Assembly: GCA_903884535.1 (NCBI GenBank)
Contig: CAISEZ010000018.1
Span: 9,482-73,481 of the forward strand
DNA: 64,000 bases
DNA from: an uncultured Verrucomicrobia subdivision 3 bacterium
GTDB lineage: Bacteria; Verrucomicrobiota; Verrucomicrobiia; Limisphaerales; UBA11358
Reading direction: 5' to 3'
The position numbers were made by a program, and so were the translations under genes. Below are positions 43,322-54,602 of the stretch, in pieces; the first letter of the stretch is position 1, and every line of letters starts with the position of its first letter. Below the pieces are notes generated by a model that was given only the letters and a program-made list of their open reading frames with translations, searched no databases and was not told the DNA's origin.

Positions 43322-43327
43322 TTTTTC

Positions 43328-44470
43328 ATGGCCAAACGCGATTACTACGAAGTCCTCGGCGTCGAACGCTCGGTCTCGGCGGAGGAACTCAAAAAAGCCT
43401 ACCGCAAGCTCGCCGTAAAATTTCATCCGGACAAAAATCCGGGCGATCACGCGGCGGAGGAGAAATTCAAGGAACTGGGCGAGGCTTACGAGGCGTTGAG
43501 CGATCCGCAAAAACGCTCGGCCTACGACCAGTTTGGGCACGCGGCGTTTGATCCGCGCCAGCGGGCCGGTCGCGGCGGCGCCGGCGGCGGTTTCCACGAT
43601 CCGTTTGATATTTTCCGCGACGTGTTCGGCGGCGGCGCGGGCGGCAGCATTTTTGAAAACCTCTTCGGCGGCCAGCAAGCCGACCCGTCGCAACCGCAGC
43701 GCGGCGATGATCTCCGTTACGATTTGGAAATAACGCTCGAAGAAGCCGCGCTCGGCTGCGAGAAGGAAATTTCCGTCACCAAGCTCGACGCGTGCGAAAC
43801 TTGTTCCGGTTCCGGCGCGGAAGCCGGTTCAAAATTAAAAACGTGTGCGACCTGCGGCGGGCGCGGCCAGGTGCTGACGTCGCGCGGGATTTTTAGCATC
43901 GCGCAGACCTGTCCGCATTGCAAAGGCGCGGGCCGGCTCATGGAAAAACCGTGCAAGAGTTGTTCGGGCAACGGCAAGCGCCAGAAAAGTTCCAAGATCA
44001 AGCTGCGCATCCCGGCCGGCGTGGATGCCGGGTCGCGATTGCGCTCTTCCGGCAACGGCGAAGCGGGTTTTCGCGGCGGACCTTCCGGCGATCTTTACGT
44101 CGTGTTGCACGTCAAGGAACACGAAATTTTTCAGCGCGACGGCGACGATTTGATCTGCGAAGTGCCGGTCAGCTTCGTGCAGGCGGCGCTGGGCGGAGAA
44201 ATTGAAGTGCCAACACTGGAAGGCCGCGCGACCATTAAAGTTCCGGCCGGCACGCAGCCGGCGACGACGTTCCGCGTCAAAAGCAATGGCGTGAAAAATT
44301 TGCAAGGCTACGGCCAGGGTGACTTGCATGTCCGCGTGCTGGTGGAAGTGCCGACGCATTTGGACCACGCCCAGCGCGCCAAGCTGCAGGAGTTTTCCGC
44401 GCTCTGCGACGGTAAACAGGCGCCGCTCGCGTCCGGTTTTTTTGAGAAGGCGAAAAAGTTTTTTAAATAA
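43328..44470 (+). CDS. dnaJ: molecular chaperone DnaJ
   Basis: 380 aa. It has a J domain (HPDKNPGD), a G/F region and four CxxCxGxG motifs. Confidence 0.95.
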   Translation: MAKRDYYEVLGVERSVSAEELKKAYRKLAVKFHPDKNPGDHAAEEKFKELGEAYEALSDPQKRSAYDQFGHAAFDPRQRAGRGGAGGGFHDPFDIFRDVFGGGAGGSIFENLFGGQQADPSQPQRGDDLRYDLEITLEEAALGCEKEISVTKLDACETCSGSGAEAGSKLKTCATCGGRGQVLTSRGIFSIAQTCPHCKGAGRLMEKPCKSCSGNGKRQKSSKIKLRIPAGVDAGSRLRSSGNGEAGFRGGPSGDLYVVLHVKEHEIFQRDGDDLICEVPVSFVQAALGGEIEVPTLEGRATIKVPAGTQPATTFRVKSNGVKNLQGYGQGDLHVRVLVEVPTHLDHAQRAKLQEFSALCDGKQAPLASGFFEKAKKFFK

Positions 44471-44562
44471 ATTTTGCAGCTGCCGATGTGAGAGTCGGCT
44501 CATTCACGCTCGCAAAATAAGAACCGAGCCGGCTCACGCCGGCTGCTACGCCAGAAAAATTT

Positions 44563-45312
44563 ATGCACCGTTTTTTTCTGCCACCGGAACGCTGCACCGG
44601 CCATGCGCTGCGGCTGGACGGACGCGAGGCGCACCATGCGCTGCACGTCCTCCGGTTGAAACGCGGCGAACGCGTCACTGTGCTGGACGGCGCAGGCCAT
44701 GAATTTTTTTGCGACGTTGAGAATGCCGCAAAGGATTTCCTCACACTCACGGTGAAGGAAACGAAAGCCACTCCGCCCCTGCCCTGCGCCATCACCTTGC
44801 TGCTCGCCGTGCCCAAGGGAAAAATCATCGAGAGCATCATCCAGAAATCTGTCGAGCTCGGCGCGACGCGGGTCGTGCCGATTTTATCCGAACGTGTGGT
44901 GACGCACCTCGACGACGATGGCGCGGAAGCCAAGCGCGACAAGTGGCAGCAGGTCGCCATCGAAGCCATCAAGCAATGCGGCGCGGCCTGGCTGCCGCGC
45001 GTCGAAGCGCCGGTGGCGATTGAACAATTTCTTGCGCGTCAGGAAAAAATTGATTTGGTGCTCGTCGGTTCGCTGCAAACGGAACGCCGCCATCCGCGCG
45101 AGTATTTGGATACGTTCCAGTCACGGCACGGACATTTGCCCCGCAGCGCGGCGGTGTGGATCGGGCCGGAAGGAGATTTTACTTTGGCTGAATTGCAGGC
45201 GATTGAAGCGGCGGGCGCACAGCCCATCACGCTCGGTAATCTGACTTTGCGCGTGGAAACGGCGGCGGTTTATTGCCTCGCATTCTTGACCTACGAGTTG
45301 CAGCCGCGCTGA
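44563..45312 (+). CDS. rsmE: 16S rRNA (uracil1498-N3)-methyltransferase RsmE
   Basis: 249 aa beginning MHRFFLPP, with a C-terminal GPEGDF..E....LG..ILR-type motif. Confidence 0.85.
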   Translation: MHRFFLPPERCTGHALRLDGREAHHALHVLRLKRGERVTVLDGAGHEFFCDVENAAKDFLTLTVKETKATPPLPCAITLLLAVPKGKIIESIIQKSVELGATRVVPILSERVVTHLDDDGAEAKRDKWQQVAIEAIKQCGAAWLPRVEAPVAIEQFLARQEKIDLVLVGSLQTERRHPREYLDTFQSRHGHLPRSAAVWIGPEGDFTLAELQAIEAAGAQPITLGNLTLRVETAAVYCLAFLTYELQPR

Positions 45313-45314
45313 AT

Positions 45315-45830
45315 TCAGCGGAGGAAACGCCGGCCCACCGCCAAACCTGCCAAGGCCACGCCCAGCAAAGTTGAAGTCGCGCCCGCATCCGGAACCGCAG
45401 GGATGGAATAGGCCACTTGCGCTTGACCAGAATTATTCAGCCCGCCAAAATTTAACAATCCACCCGCACCGATGAACAGATCCCACGCCCCCCCCGCGCC
45501 GCCGGAAATCGGTATGCCGTCCGAGTCCATGACGATGCTCAACCCGCCGGACTGCGGCGTCCAGCCATACAATTGCTGCCCGGCGATGAAAACATTAAAA
45601 AACAGGGAGGAATCCTGCAAACTGGTGTAAAACTTCCCGGAAGAATCCGCCCGGAAAAAATTCGAGTCGAACCCAAAACTGCCGGTGACCGACGCGCCAT
45701 TGGCAAAAGGAAAAGCCCCGCTTGTTCCCGTGACGACGCCGCTGAAAGTTCCATTGATGAGGGTAGCCTTGGCCGGTGCAAGGGGCAGGAGCAACAACAC
45801 GGCGACTAACGAAAGCAGTTGTTTATTCAT
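45315..45830 (-). CDS. PEP-CTERM sorting-domain protein
   Basis: ATG 45830 opens MNKQLLSLVAVLLLLPLAPAKA. The C-terminus is VPDAGATSTLLGVALAGLAVGRRFLR. Confidence 0.75.
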   Translation of the reverse strand: MNKQLLSLVAVLLLLPLAPAKATLINGTFSGVVTGTSGAFPFANGASVTGSFGFDSNFFRADSSGKFYTSLQDSSLFFNVFIAGQQLYGWTPQSGGLSIVMDSDGIPISGGAGGAWDLFIGAGGLLNFGGLNNSGQAQVAYSIPAVPDAGATSTLLGVALAGLAVGRRFLR

Positions 45831-46036
45831 GGGTTCTTCTGTTTCCAGATTGAGTCTGCCGCGATTTATGCTGCAAAACAACTATTTAATAAAGCGCATT
45901 TGTCTTTGTAATGGCTTGGCGGAACGGAGCGACACGTCCCAAACAAGCCGCCGGCAGCGCCAAAGAATTCATGGCCGGGAGGCGAGGATTGACGCAGCAG
46001 GGCGCGCACCGAATAATTAGCGCCAAAGGAAACAAT

Positions 46037-46432
46037 ATGGAAATCAAACGAAACGGATCCCAGCCATCCAACCAAGGACCGGCCGATTGGTTCACCGGCA
46101 CGGTGCGCATTGACTCGCCGTTCAAGGGCAGTGATCCCGCACAAGTGACCGGCGCCATCGTCACGTTTGAACCCGGCGCTCGCACCGCGTGGCACACGCA
46201 TCCGCTGGGGCAGACCTTGATCGTGACGGCGGGCTGCGGACGCGCGCAGCGCTGGGGCGGGCCGGTGGAAGAACTCCGGCCCGGCGACATCGTCTGGTTT
46301 CCGCCGGGCGAGAAACATTGGCACGGTGCCGCGGTCACCACGGCCCTGACGCACATCGCCATTCAGGAACAGCTCGACGGCAAAGCCGTGGACTGGCTGG
46401 AAAAAGTCAGCGACGAGCAATATCAAGGCTGA
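46037..46432 (+). CDS. cupin domain protein
   Basis: ATG 46037 follows AAAGGAAACAAT. Motifs are [16 protein letters not shown] and [10 protein letters not shown]. Confidence 0.8.
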   Translation: MEIKRNGSQPSNQGPADWFTGTVRIDSPFKGSDPAQVTGAIVTFEPGARTAWHTHPLGQTLIVTAGCGRAQRWGGPVEELRPGDIVWFPPGEKHWHGAAVTTALTHIAIQEQLDGKAVDWLEKVSDEQYQG

Positions 46433-46468
46433 CAACCACGAAATACACGAAGCACACGAAAGTGGTTC
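46433..46468. repeat. CACGAA(A)-box element (three 9-nt-spaced boxes closed by AACCAC/GTGGTT)
   Basis: CACGAAATA, CACGAAGCA and CACGAAAGT lie at 46438..46464, between the convergent cupin and clpB genes. Confidence 0.65.
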
Positions 46469-46493
46469 ATTCTCCGCGCTGGGAAGAATAATA

Positions 46494-49112
46494 TTATTTT
46501 CGCTGGAAAACCAATTCATCATCTTTTGCCGTCACCTTGATTTTATCGCCCGGCTTGAACTCGCCTTCGAGTAGTTTCATGGAGAGCGGATTCAGCAATT
46601 GCTCCTGCACGGCGCGCTTGAGCGGGCGTGCGCCGAATTGCGGGTCGTAGCCTTCCTTCGCCAGCAATTTCTTGGCAGCAGCATCCACATCCAGCGTGAG
46701 GTTTTGCTGCGCGAGCCGTTTTTCCAGCCGCCCGATTTGGATTTCCACGATGCGCGCCAGTTCGTCTTCGTCGAGACTTTGGAAGATGATGACGTCGTCC
46801 ACGCGGTTCAGGAATTCCGGCCGGAAATGTTTTTTCAACTCAGCCAGCACCTTGTCCTCCATCGCCTGGTGCGAGGACTTGTCGGTGTGGCCGTCCAGAA
46901 AATATTCCTGGATGATGGGCGAGCCGAGGTTGCTGGTCATGATGACGATGGTGTTCTTGAAATCCACCGTGCGCCCCTGCCCGTCCGTGAGCCGGCCATC
47001 GTCGAGCACCTGCAACAGCACGTTGAACACGTCGTGATGCGCCTTCTCGATTTCGTCGAACAGCACGACGGAGTAAGGTTTGCGCCGCACCGTCTCGCTG
47101 AGTTGTCCGCCTTCCTCGTAGCCGACGTAGCCCGGTGGCGCGCCGATGAGGCGTTGCACGGAGAATTTTTCCATGTATTCGCTCATGTCAATCCGCACCA
47201 TCGCATTCTCGTCGTCGAAGAGAAATTCCGCCAGCGCGCGGGCGGTCTCGGTCTTGCCCACACCGGTCGGCCCGAGAAAAATGAAGGAGCCGATGGGCCG
47301 ATTTGGATCGCCCAGTCCCGACCGCGCGCGGCGCACGGCATCGGACACGGCCTTGATGGCGGCTTTCTGCCCGATGACGCGCTGGGCCAAACGCTCTTCC
47401 ATCTTTACGAGCTTTTGCCGCTCACCTTCGAGCATCCGTGAAACGGGAATATGCGTCCACGCCGCGACAACCTTCGCGATGTCCTCGTCGGTGACTTCCT
47501 GACGCAGCAAAGTGGGACGGGCATTGCCGCCTTTCACCGAAGGCGAAACGTCGGCCGCGCTTTCCATCTTCGCCAGCTTCTTTTCCAAATCGGGAATCTT
47601 GCCGTATTGCACCTCCGCCGATTTGCTCAAATCACCTTTCCGTTGCGCCTGCTCCAATTCAATCTTCGCCTGCTCCAACTGTTGCTGGACGATGCTCACG
47701 GCATTCACCGCCACCTTTTCATTCTGCCACTGCGCGGTGAGCGCCTTGGATTTTTCCTTCAAATCGGCGAGCGTTTTGTCAATCAGCTTAAGCCGCTCTT
47801 TGCTCGCGGAATCTTTTTCCTTCGCCAGCGACGTTCGTTCGATTTCCAACTGCAAAATCTGGCGGTCAAGTTGATCCAGTTCGGTCGGTTTGGAATCCAG
47901 CTCCATTTTGATTCGCGACGCCGCTTCGTCCACAAGATCAATCGCCTTGTCCGGCAAAAACCGGTCGGTGATGTAGCGATGCGACAACGTGGCCGCCGCC
48001 ACGAGGGCAGCATCCTGGATGCGCACGCCGTGATGGACTTCGTAACGCTCCTTCAGCCCGCGCAGAATCGCGATGGTCGCCTCGACCGTCGGCTCGGTCA
48101 CCTGCACCGGCTGGAAACGGCGTTCGAGCGCCGGGTCTTTCTCGATGTGCTTGCGATATTCGTCCAGTGTCGTCGCGCCCACGCAGCGCAATTCGCCGCG
48201 CGCCAGCTGCGGCTTCATGATGTTCGCCGCGTCCGTCGCGCCTTCCGCCGCGCCCGCGCCGACGATGGTGTGCAACTCGTCAATGAACAAAATAATTTTC
48301 CCCTCGCTGGCCGTGATCTCCTTGAGAAACGCCTTGAGCCGATCCTCAAATTCGCCGCGATATTTTGCGCCGGCAATCATCGCGCTCAGATCCATCGCCA
48401 CCAGCCGCTTGTTTTTCAGCGATTCCGGCACGTCGCCGCTGACAATGCGCCGCGCGAGACCTTCGGCGATGGCCGTCTTGCCCACGCCGGGTTCGCCGAT
48501 GAGCACGGGATTGTTTTTCGTGCGGCGCGTCAGCACCTGCATCACGCGGCGGATTTCCTCATCGCGGCCGATGACCGGATCAATTTTCCCCTGCCGTGCG
48601 AGCGCCGTGAGATCGCGACCGTATTTTTCCAGCGCCTGAAATTTACCTTCCGGCTGCTGGTCGGTCACGCGCTGGTTGCCGCGTAATTCGGCGAGCGCCT
48701 TGAGCACCGCGTCGCGCTTGAGGCCGTGCGCGGTGAAAATTTTCTTGAGCGACGGACTGGCCTCGTCGAGCAGGCCGAGCAACAGATGTTCGGTGCTGAC
48801 ATAATCGTCCTTGAGTTTGTTCGCCTCCGACTGCGCGGCGTCGAGCGCCTTTTGCAGATCGCGCCCAGCGTAGGGATCGTTGCCGCCCTGAATTTTGTGG
48901 CGGCGCGCAAGTTCCTTTTCCAAATCCGGCTGGAGCTTCGCTGGCGGCACGCCGATGCGCGCCAGCAATTCCGGCACGAGGCTCTCGGCCTGACCGAGCA
49001 GCGCGAGCAGCAGATGCTCGCCGTCCATCTCCTGATGCGAGTGTTCGCGGGCGAGGCGTTGCGCGTCCTGCAAAGCCGCCTGCGATTTCTGGGTCAGCTT
49101 GTCGAGTTGCAT
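46494..49112 (-). CDS. clpB: ATP-dependent chaperone ClpB
   Basis: 872 aa. It has two AAA+ modules ([16 protein letters not shown]), a coiled-coil middle domain and a Clp N-domain. Confidence 0.97.
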   Translation of the reverse strand: MQLDKLTQKSQAALQDAQRLAREHSHQEMDGEHLLLALLGQAESLVPELLARIGVPPAKLQPDLEKELARRHKIQGGNDPYAGRDLQKALDAAQSEANKLKDDYVSTEHLLLGLLDEASPSLKKIFTAHGLKRDAVLKALAELRGNQRVTDQQPEGKFQALEKYGRDLTALARQGKIDPVIGRDEEIRRVMQVLTRRTKNNPVLIGEPGVGKTAIAEGLARRIVSGDVPESLKNKRLVAMDLSAMIAGAKYRGEFEDRLKAFLKEITASEGKIILFIDELHTIVGAGAAEGATDAANIMKPQLARGELRCVGATTLDEYRKHIEKDPALERRFQPVQVTEPTVEATIAILRGLKERYEVHHGVRIQDAALVAAATLSHRYITDRFLPDKAIDLVDEAASRIKMELDSKPTELDQLDRQILQLEIERTSLAKEKDSASKERLKLIDKTLADLKEKSKALTAQWQNEKVAVNAVSIVQQQLEQAKIELEQAQRKGDLSKSAEVQYGKIPDLEKKLAKMESAADVSPSVKGGNARPTLLRQEVTDEDIAKVVAAWTHIPVSRMLEGERQKLVKMEERLAQRVIGQKAAIKAVSDAVRRARSGLGDPNRPIGSFIFLGPTGVGKTETARALAEFLFDDENAMVRIDMSEYMEKFSVQRLIGAPPGYVGYEEGGQLSETVRRKPYSVVLFDEIEKAHHDVFNVLLQVLDDGRLTDGQGRTVDFKNTIVIMTSNLGSPIIQEYFLDGHTDKSSHQAMEDKVLAELKKHFRPEFLNRVDDVIIFQSLDEDELARIVEIQIGRLEKRLAQQNLTLDVDAAAKKLLAKEGYDPQFGARPLKRAVQEQLLNPLSMKLLEGEFKPGDKIKVTAKDDELVFQRK

Positions 49113-49222
49113 AACTAATAAATAGAACGAATGCCCGGCGCGTCAAGTCAGGGAAACACCTTATTGCCACCAATGGGGATGAATAGAACAAAAAAAATGG
49201 TTGCGTGCACCCGGCCTGAAAA

Positions 49223-51811
49223 TCAGTTATTTAAAAATTTATTACTTTCAAATCGACCATCCACGATTTTTACCGGCACTGATTGGATGGTCAAGTTGGC
49301 CGATTCCAGTCCGGCGCGAGTAGCGGTCAGCGTAATTGAACCGGCTATCAATGTGGAACGAATGGCCACGCGATGAATGCCGCACTCAGTGTCGAGCCAG
49401 AGATTGTTCACCGAATTGATTTTGCCGCTGTTGTAAGCGCCGCGCCAGATGGCCGGGCCGGCCAGTTTAAAATCCACGCGCGCCTCATCGGTCGGACAAC
49501 GACGGCCTTGCGCGTCCACCACTTCCACGTCGAAGAACGCCACGTCCGATCCGTCGGCCAGCAAACCGATGGGCGAAACGTGCGGTGTCAGTTTCAATGA
49601 TTTCGCTTCGCCGGCGGTTTCAATTTGATCCTGCGCAACAATTTTTCCGCCGGTTTTCGCCTCGGCGGAAATTTTGCCGGCTACAAACTGGATTCCGGGG
49701 AAAACAAAAACATAGCCATTCGTCGGCGTGGTTGAGACGCCTTTGGATTTCCCATTCACGAACAACTCCACGCTGTCACAATGATTGGCGGCCACATAAA
49801 CTGCCTTCACCGTGTTTTTCGGATAATTCCAATGGCCGATGATGTGCATATCCGGTGCAGCATTCTGCATCACGCGATAAACGTAGTAAGCCTCCTTTGG
49901 CAGCCGGACGGCATCCACCTTGCCGCTGACGCGACAGACCTCGCTGCTGTCCTGCCGGCCGTCGGCGTTCGAGTCCGACCAGTAAATGGACGCGTAGGCT
50001 GACCATTTGGAATGCGCCGGATCGGAATTGGAAATCTTGTTGCTGGCATAGGCGTGATAACGCTCCGCTGCCGCGAGGCAAAATGTCTCCGAGTTCCATG
50101 CGTAAGTGTCGTTTGGGCCTTTCTTGAAACCGAAATGCGGCGGCGAAAAATCATCCCAGAACCGGCGCGCGGCCTCGTCGCGAAAATCCTCCGTCTCGAT
50201 AAACGGCGCGCGGTCGCGACGCTCGGCGCTGTAGGCGCGGAACATTTCCGTGCGGCTGGTCAGCGCGTCGGTGCGCGGGTCCTGGCCGATCATCACGCCA
50301 AAATATTCCGCAACGGGCGTGGCGCCCGGATCATTCAACGTGCGGCAGCCGAGAACGCGGCCACCATTGGGATCCCATTGTTTTCGCAAATCCACCATTT
50401 GTTTCAAATGCTCGGTCGTGATGTGGTTGTTACCCGCCTCCCAAAATAGGATGCTCGGATGATTGCGAAAATAAATCATCGAGTCGCGCATCACTTCGAG
50501 GCGCTGCTCCCATTCGCGTGCGGCGACATCGGGTTGCAAGCGTTTGTCCAAAACAGGATCGCCTTCCTTATCTCCGGCGGGACAAACCTCGACGATGCCC
50601 GCCATGTCACAGGCACGCACGTCCACCGCCTGCGGCGAAATGTGCATCCAGCGAACAAAATTTCCGTGCGTGCTGCGAATGAGTTCCGCGTTGTAATCGT
50701 GCATCCAGTCGGGATACGCCTCGCCGAGTCCCGCCCATTCGTCCGACGAACGAATGGCATAACCGGTCAGCCAGACAAATCTGTCGTTCAGATAAACTCC
50801 GCCGGTGCCGGCACCGCCTTTGAATTCGGCCTTGCGGAAGCCGGTCGTGATTTTCTGCACGTCCACGATTTTGTCGTTCACGGTCAGAATGGAATATACC
50901 GCGTAAAGATTGGGCGTTTCGTCGCTCCAGAATTTTGCGTCCGCCAGTTTTCCGCTTGCGGTGAACATTTCCGTTTCACCGCTCACCAGATCTAGCGCGT
51001 CGCTCGCGAGCTTGGCGCAGACGTTGCCGGCGGCGTCCACGACCACCGCCGACAGCGTGATGGATTGCTGGTCGCCGGATTCGTTTTTCACCTGCGATTC
51101 AAGGTTCACGTCACAGGTTTTGTTTTTGATGTCGAAGTTCGAGCCGTAAACATAGACGCCCGTTGTCTTGAGATTTTCGTAAAGCGGCAGCGTCTGGTAA
51201 ACCTTGCCGGTGAGGTGCAGCACGATGTCGTGGTTCAGCCCGCCGAAATTCGGATTGAACGCGCGTCCCATCCACTCGAAGCCCACGCCGGTCATCTCTT
51301 CGACGTAATCGTTGCGGTTGTCCACCTTCACGGCGATGACATTGTCCGCGTCGCCGAAATTAACGAAGCCGGTGAGGTCGAGACCGCACGCAGTAATGCC
51401 GTTCTCAAATTTGCCAACCAGCTTGCCGTTCACCCAAAACCGACCAGCCTGCTTCAAGCCTTCAAACTCCAGAAACACTTTTCCATCCTTGGCGGTCGTG
51501 GGCAGTTTGAAATGTTTGCGATACCAAGTGATACCCGTCCACGCGTTCCGGTCGCCGCCACTGTGGCTGATAATGGAATTGAAGGAATCCGTGTCGTTGT
51601 AAGTATGCGGCGCGCTGACATCGCTCCACTTCGAGTCGTCGAAAGCCACTTGCTCGGCATTGGTCAGGTCGGTGCGGATGAATTTCCAGCCGGGATTGAA
51701 ATTAAAATCCAAATGCGGCGACGAGGGCGGAGTAAAACCATTTTCCGCCGCACGCAAAAACCCGGCGAGGGCAACAGCCAAAAACAAATTGAGGGCGATC
51801 AGTTTCTTCAT
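49223..51811 (-). CDS. secreted glycoside hydrolase family 2-like protein
   Basis: ATG 51811 opens MKKLIALNLFLAVALAGF. It has a GH2-type sugar-binding N-domain (WYRKHFKLP, FLEFEGL..GRFWVNG) and NHPSILFW. Confidence 0.75.
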   Translation of the reverse strand: MKKLIALNLFLAVALAGFLRAAENGFTPPSSPHLDFNFNPGWKFIRTDLTNAEQVAFDDSKWSDVSAPHTYNDTDSFNSIISHSGGDRNAWTGITWYRKHFKLPTTAKDGKVFLEFEGLKQAGRFWVNGKLVGKFENGITACGLDLTGFVNFGDADNVIAVKVDNRNDYVEEMTGVGFEWMGRAFNPNFGGLNHDIVLHLTGKVYQTLPLYENLKTTGVYVYGSNFDIKNKTCDVNLESQVKNESGDQQSITLSAVVVDAAGNVCAKLASDALDLVSGETEMFTASGKLADAKFWSDETPNLYAVYSILTVNDKIVDVQKITTGFRKAEFKGGAGTGGVYLNDRFVWLTGYAIRSSDEWAGLGEAYPDWMHDYNAELIRSTHGNFVRWMHISPQAVDVRACDMAGIVEVCPAGDKEGDPVLDKRLQPDVAAREWEQRLEVMRDSMIYFRNHPSILFWEAGNNHITTEHLKQMVDLRKQWDPNGGRVLGCRTLNDPGATPVAEYFGVMIGQDPRTDALTSRTEMFRAYSAERRDRAPFIETEDFRDEAARRFWDDFSPPHFGFKKGPNDTYAWNSETFCLAAAERYHAYASNKISNSDPAHSKWSAYASIYWSDSNADGRQDSSEVCRVSGKVDAVRLPKEAYYVYRVMQNAAPDMHIIGHWNYPKNTVKAVYVAANHCDSVELFVNGKSKGVSTTPTNGYVFVFPGIQFVAGKISAEAKTGGKIVAQDQIETAGEAKSLKLTPHVSPIGLLADGSDVAFFDVEVVDAQGRRCPTDEARVDFKLAGPAIWRGAYNSGKINSVNNLWLDTECGIHRVAIRSTLIAGSITLTATRAGLESANLTIQSVPVKIVDGRFESNKFLNN

Positions 51812-52015
51812 GGGCAAAATGGCGTGGCCAGCATTCAGTATTTGGGACACCGGATGAATACCGGCAACGAGAGGTTACGTAAAGTTGAAGTTGCCGCCGC
51901 GTCGCGCAAATTATGGTGACAAGCCAGCCATAAAAAATGCTCGCCCCCCATTTGCGCTGGCATGCAACCCGCCCAAATTTTAGCCAGCAAGATAAAACCG
52001 TAACGCCTGACCCAA

Positions 52016-53356
52016 TCAATGCGCACTGCCGCCGCGCGGAGCGAGCGATTCGGAACCGGTTTTTTTGAAGCTCACCACCAGCAGCGTCAACAGCGCGGCC
52101 AGGCCCATGCTCACGCCGCCCAGCATCAACGCCCCCATCGGTTCGCTGTTCAGGAAATGTTTCAGAAAAAACCCCAGCAGACTGGAGGCGGTAATCTGCG
52201 GCAGCACGATGAACAAATTGAACATGCCCATCATCACGCCAACTTTATCTTTCGGCAATGACGGCGCAAGCATGGCATACGGCATGGAGAGAATGCTGGA
52301 CCACGCGATGCCCACGGCGGTCATTGAGAAGAGCAATTGGTATTTGTCCGACGCCAGATGCACCGACATCAGCCCCAGCGCGCCGACGGCGAGACAAATG
52401 ACGTGCATCAGTTTCGGCCCGGTGTATTTGGTGCCCCACAGCAGCACAAAAGAAAAAATGAAGCACACAGCGTTGTAGGCCGCGAAACAAAAACCAGCCC
52501 ACGAACCGGCGGCTTCCATTTCCGGCGTGCCTTTCACGGCGTGAAAAATATTTTTTGCCACGGCGGGCGAAAAATAAACCCACATCGCGAACATTCCGAT
52601 CCAGGTGAAAAACTGGACCAAGCCGAGTTCCCACATCTGGCGGGGCAGTTTAAAAACCAGCGCGAAAATATCGCCGAGGCCGAGCGTCCAATCGAATTTC
52701 CGGGCACGAATAGCCGCCAGTTCTGCGTCAGTCGGCGGATATTCCTTGGTGCTGAACACCGTCCACAACACCGCGCCCATGAAGGCCACCGCGCCAATGT
52801 AAAACGAAATCCGGACGGAAGCGGGAATGTGTCCCTGCCCCGCGCCTTCCGAGGTGACACCAAACCAGTTGGTAAGCATCCACGGCATCGCGGAGGCGAT
52901 CGTGCCACCCAGACCGATGAACAATGATTGGATCGCGAAACCCTGCGAATTTTGTTCTTCCGGCAAATTGTCCGCCACCAGCGCGCGGAATGGCTGCATG
53001 CTGGCGTTGATCGTTCCGTCCAGCACCCAGAGCAGACCGGCCGCCATCCAGACCGACGGACAGTTTGGCATCAGGATCAGCGCGAGCGACGCCAGCACCG
53101 CGCCCGCGAGAATAAACGGCCGGCGCCGCCCGAGCCGCGTCCACATGCGGTCGCTGGATTGTCCAACCAACGGCTGGATCAGGACGCCGGTGACCGGGGC
53201 CGCCAGCCAGAGGATGGCCAGCGAATCGGCATCCGCGCCGAGATAGCTGTAAATGGAGCTCATGTTGGCCATCTGCAGACCCCAGCCGAACTGGATGCCG
53301 ATGAAGCCAAAACTCATGTTCCAGATTTGCCAGAAAGATAGACGTGGTTTTTGCAT
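52016..53356 (-). CDS. MFS sugar transporter (GPH/SLC45-like)
   Basis: ATG 53356 opens MQKPRLSFWQIWNMSFGFIGIQFGW. It has 12 predicted TM helices and RLGRRRPF. Confidence 0.8.
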   Translation of the reverse strand: MQKPRLSFWQIWNMSFGFIGIQFGWGLQMANMSSIYSYLGADADSLAILWLAAPVTGVLIQPLVGQSSDRMWTRLGRRRPFILAGAVLASLALILMPNCPSVWMAAGLLWVLDGTINASMQPFRALVADNLPEEQNSQGFAIQSLFIGLGGTIASAMPWMLTNWFGVTSEGAGQGHIPASVRISFYIGAVAFMGAVLWTVFSTKEYPPTDAELAAIRARKFDWTLGLGDIFALVFKLPRQMWELGLVQFFTWIGMFAMWVYFSPAVAKNIFHAVKGTPEMEAAGSWAGFCFAAYNAVCFIFSFVLLWGTKYTGPKLMHVICLAVGALGLMSVHLASDKYQLLFSMTAVGIAWSSILSMPYAMLAPSLPKDKVGVMMGMFNLFIVLPQITASSLLGFFLKHFLNSEPMGALMLGGVSMGLAALLTLLVVSFKKTGSESLAPRGGSAH

Positions 53357-53553
53357 GGGAATTAAGTGCCGAATTTTGCGCCAGACGCCCCGCCAAAGCA
53401 AGCCGCACAACCATGCGGGACGAGACTTGGCCAGAATGACAGAATCTACCGAATGAAATTCAGGCTGCAATTTATAGATTTCTGAAAATTCTGCCATTCT
53501 GTCCAAAGCGTTTCCAGCTTTGCGAAAAAATTGTTTTCCATTAACTTGGCCGC

Positions 53554-54537
53554 ATGAATTACCGCACATTGGGACGCACCGGCTGGAAAATTTCCGAAAT
53601 CAGTTTTGGCGCGTGGGCCATCGGCGGCGCGTGGGGCGAGACGGACGATCGCGAATCGCTCACGGCACTGCACGTGGCGCTCGACGGCGGCGTGAATTTC
53701 TTCGACACCGCCGACGTCTATGGCGACGGCCGCAGCGAACGCCTGCTCGCCAAATTGAAAAAGGAGCGGAAAGAAAAGTTTTACATCGCCACCAAGGCCG
53801 GCCGCCGGTTGCCGAAACAAACCGTCGAAGGTTACAGCCGCAAGAACCTGACCGGCTGGATCGAGCGCAGTTTGAAAAACCTCAACACCGACACGATTGA
53901 CCTGCTGCAACTGCATTGTCCGCACACCGAAGTTTTTTACCGCCCGGAAGTGTTTGGCATTCTCGACGACCTCGTCAAAGCCGGCAAGTTGCGGCATTAC
54001 GGCGTGAGCGTGGAAAAAGTCGAGGAGGCTTTGAAAGCCATCGAGTTTCCAAACGTCCAGTCGGTGCAGATCATTTTCAATATTTTCCGGCAGCGACCGA
54101 TGGAATTGTTTTTTACCGAGGCGCAGAAGAAAAAAGTCGGCATCCTGGCGCGCGTGCCGCTGGCCTCCGGCATGTTGTCCGGCAAGATTTCCCGCACCAG
54201 CAAGTTTGCCAAAGACGACCACCGGAATTTCAACCGCCACGGCGAGGCGTTCGACCGCGGCGAAACTTTTTCCGGCGTGGATTTTGAAACCGCGCTGCAA
54301 GCGGTGGACGAACTGAAAAAGCTCGCGCCCAAAAATGTTTCGCTCGCGCAACTGGCGCTGCGCTGGATTCTGGAATTTCCCGCCGTCACTTGCTCGATTC
54401 CCGGTGCGAAAAGGCCGGCGCAGGTTTCCGAAAATATCGCCGCGTCCGATCTGCCGCCGCTGTCGCCGGCCACGCTGAAAAAAATCCGCGCGATTTATGC
54501 CAGCCAGATCAAACCGCTGGTGCATCAGTATTGGTGA
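53554..54537 (+). CDS. aldo/keto reductase
   Basis: 327 aa beginning MNYRTLGRTGWKISEISFGAW, with FFDTADVYGDG. Confidence 0.9.
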   Translation: MNYRTLGRTGWKISEISFGAWAIGGAWGETDDRESLTALHVALDGGVNFFDTADVYGDGRSERLLAKLKKERKEKFYIATKAGRRLPKQTVEGYSRKNLTGWIERSLKNLNTDTIDLLQLHCPHTEVFYRPEVFGILDDLVKAGKLRHYGVSVEKVEEALKAIEFPNVQSVQIIFNIFRQRPMELFFTEAQKKKVGILARVPLASGMLSGKISRTSKFAKDDHRNFNRHGEAFDRGETFSGVDFETALQAVDELKKLAPKNVSLAQLALRWILEFPAVTCSIPGAKRPAQVSENIAASDLPPLSPATLKKIRAIYASQIKPLVHQYW

Positions 54538-54565
54538 ACCGCAGCTGTATTGGTGAACCGCAGCT
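54528..54565 (+). repeat. perfect 19-bp tandem duplication (GTATTGGTGAACCGCAGCT x2)
   Basis: Read directly. The first copy contains the aldo/keto reductase stop codon (TGA 54535..54537). Confidence 0.9.
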
Positions 54566-54602
54566 TGCCGCCCCGCCGGTTTTGCGCTAGTTTCAACGCG
54601 CT

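Noticed and set aside
49223-51811. A possible atypical catalytic motif in the GH2-like protein (NHPSILFWEAGNNH instead of the usual ..GNE).
   Set aside because: I cannot align reliably by eye to decide which residue corresponds to the acid/base Glu. This needs a proper family alignment before any claim.
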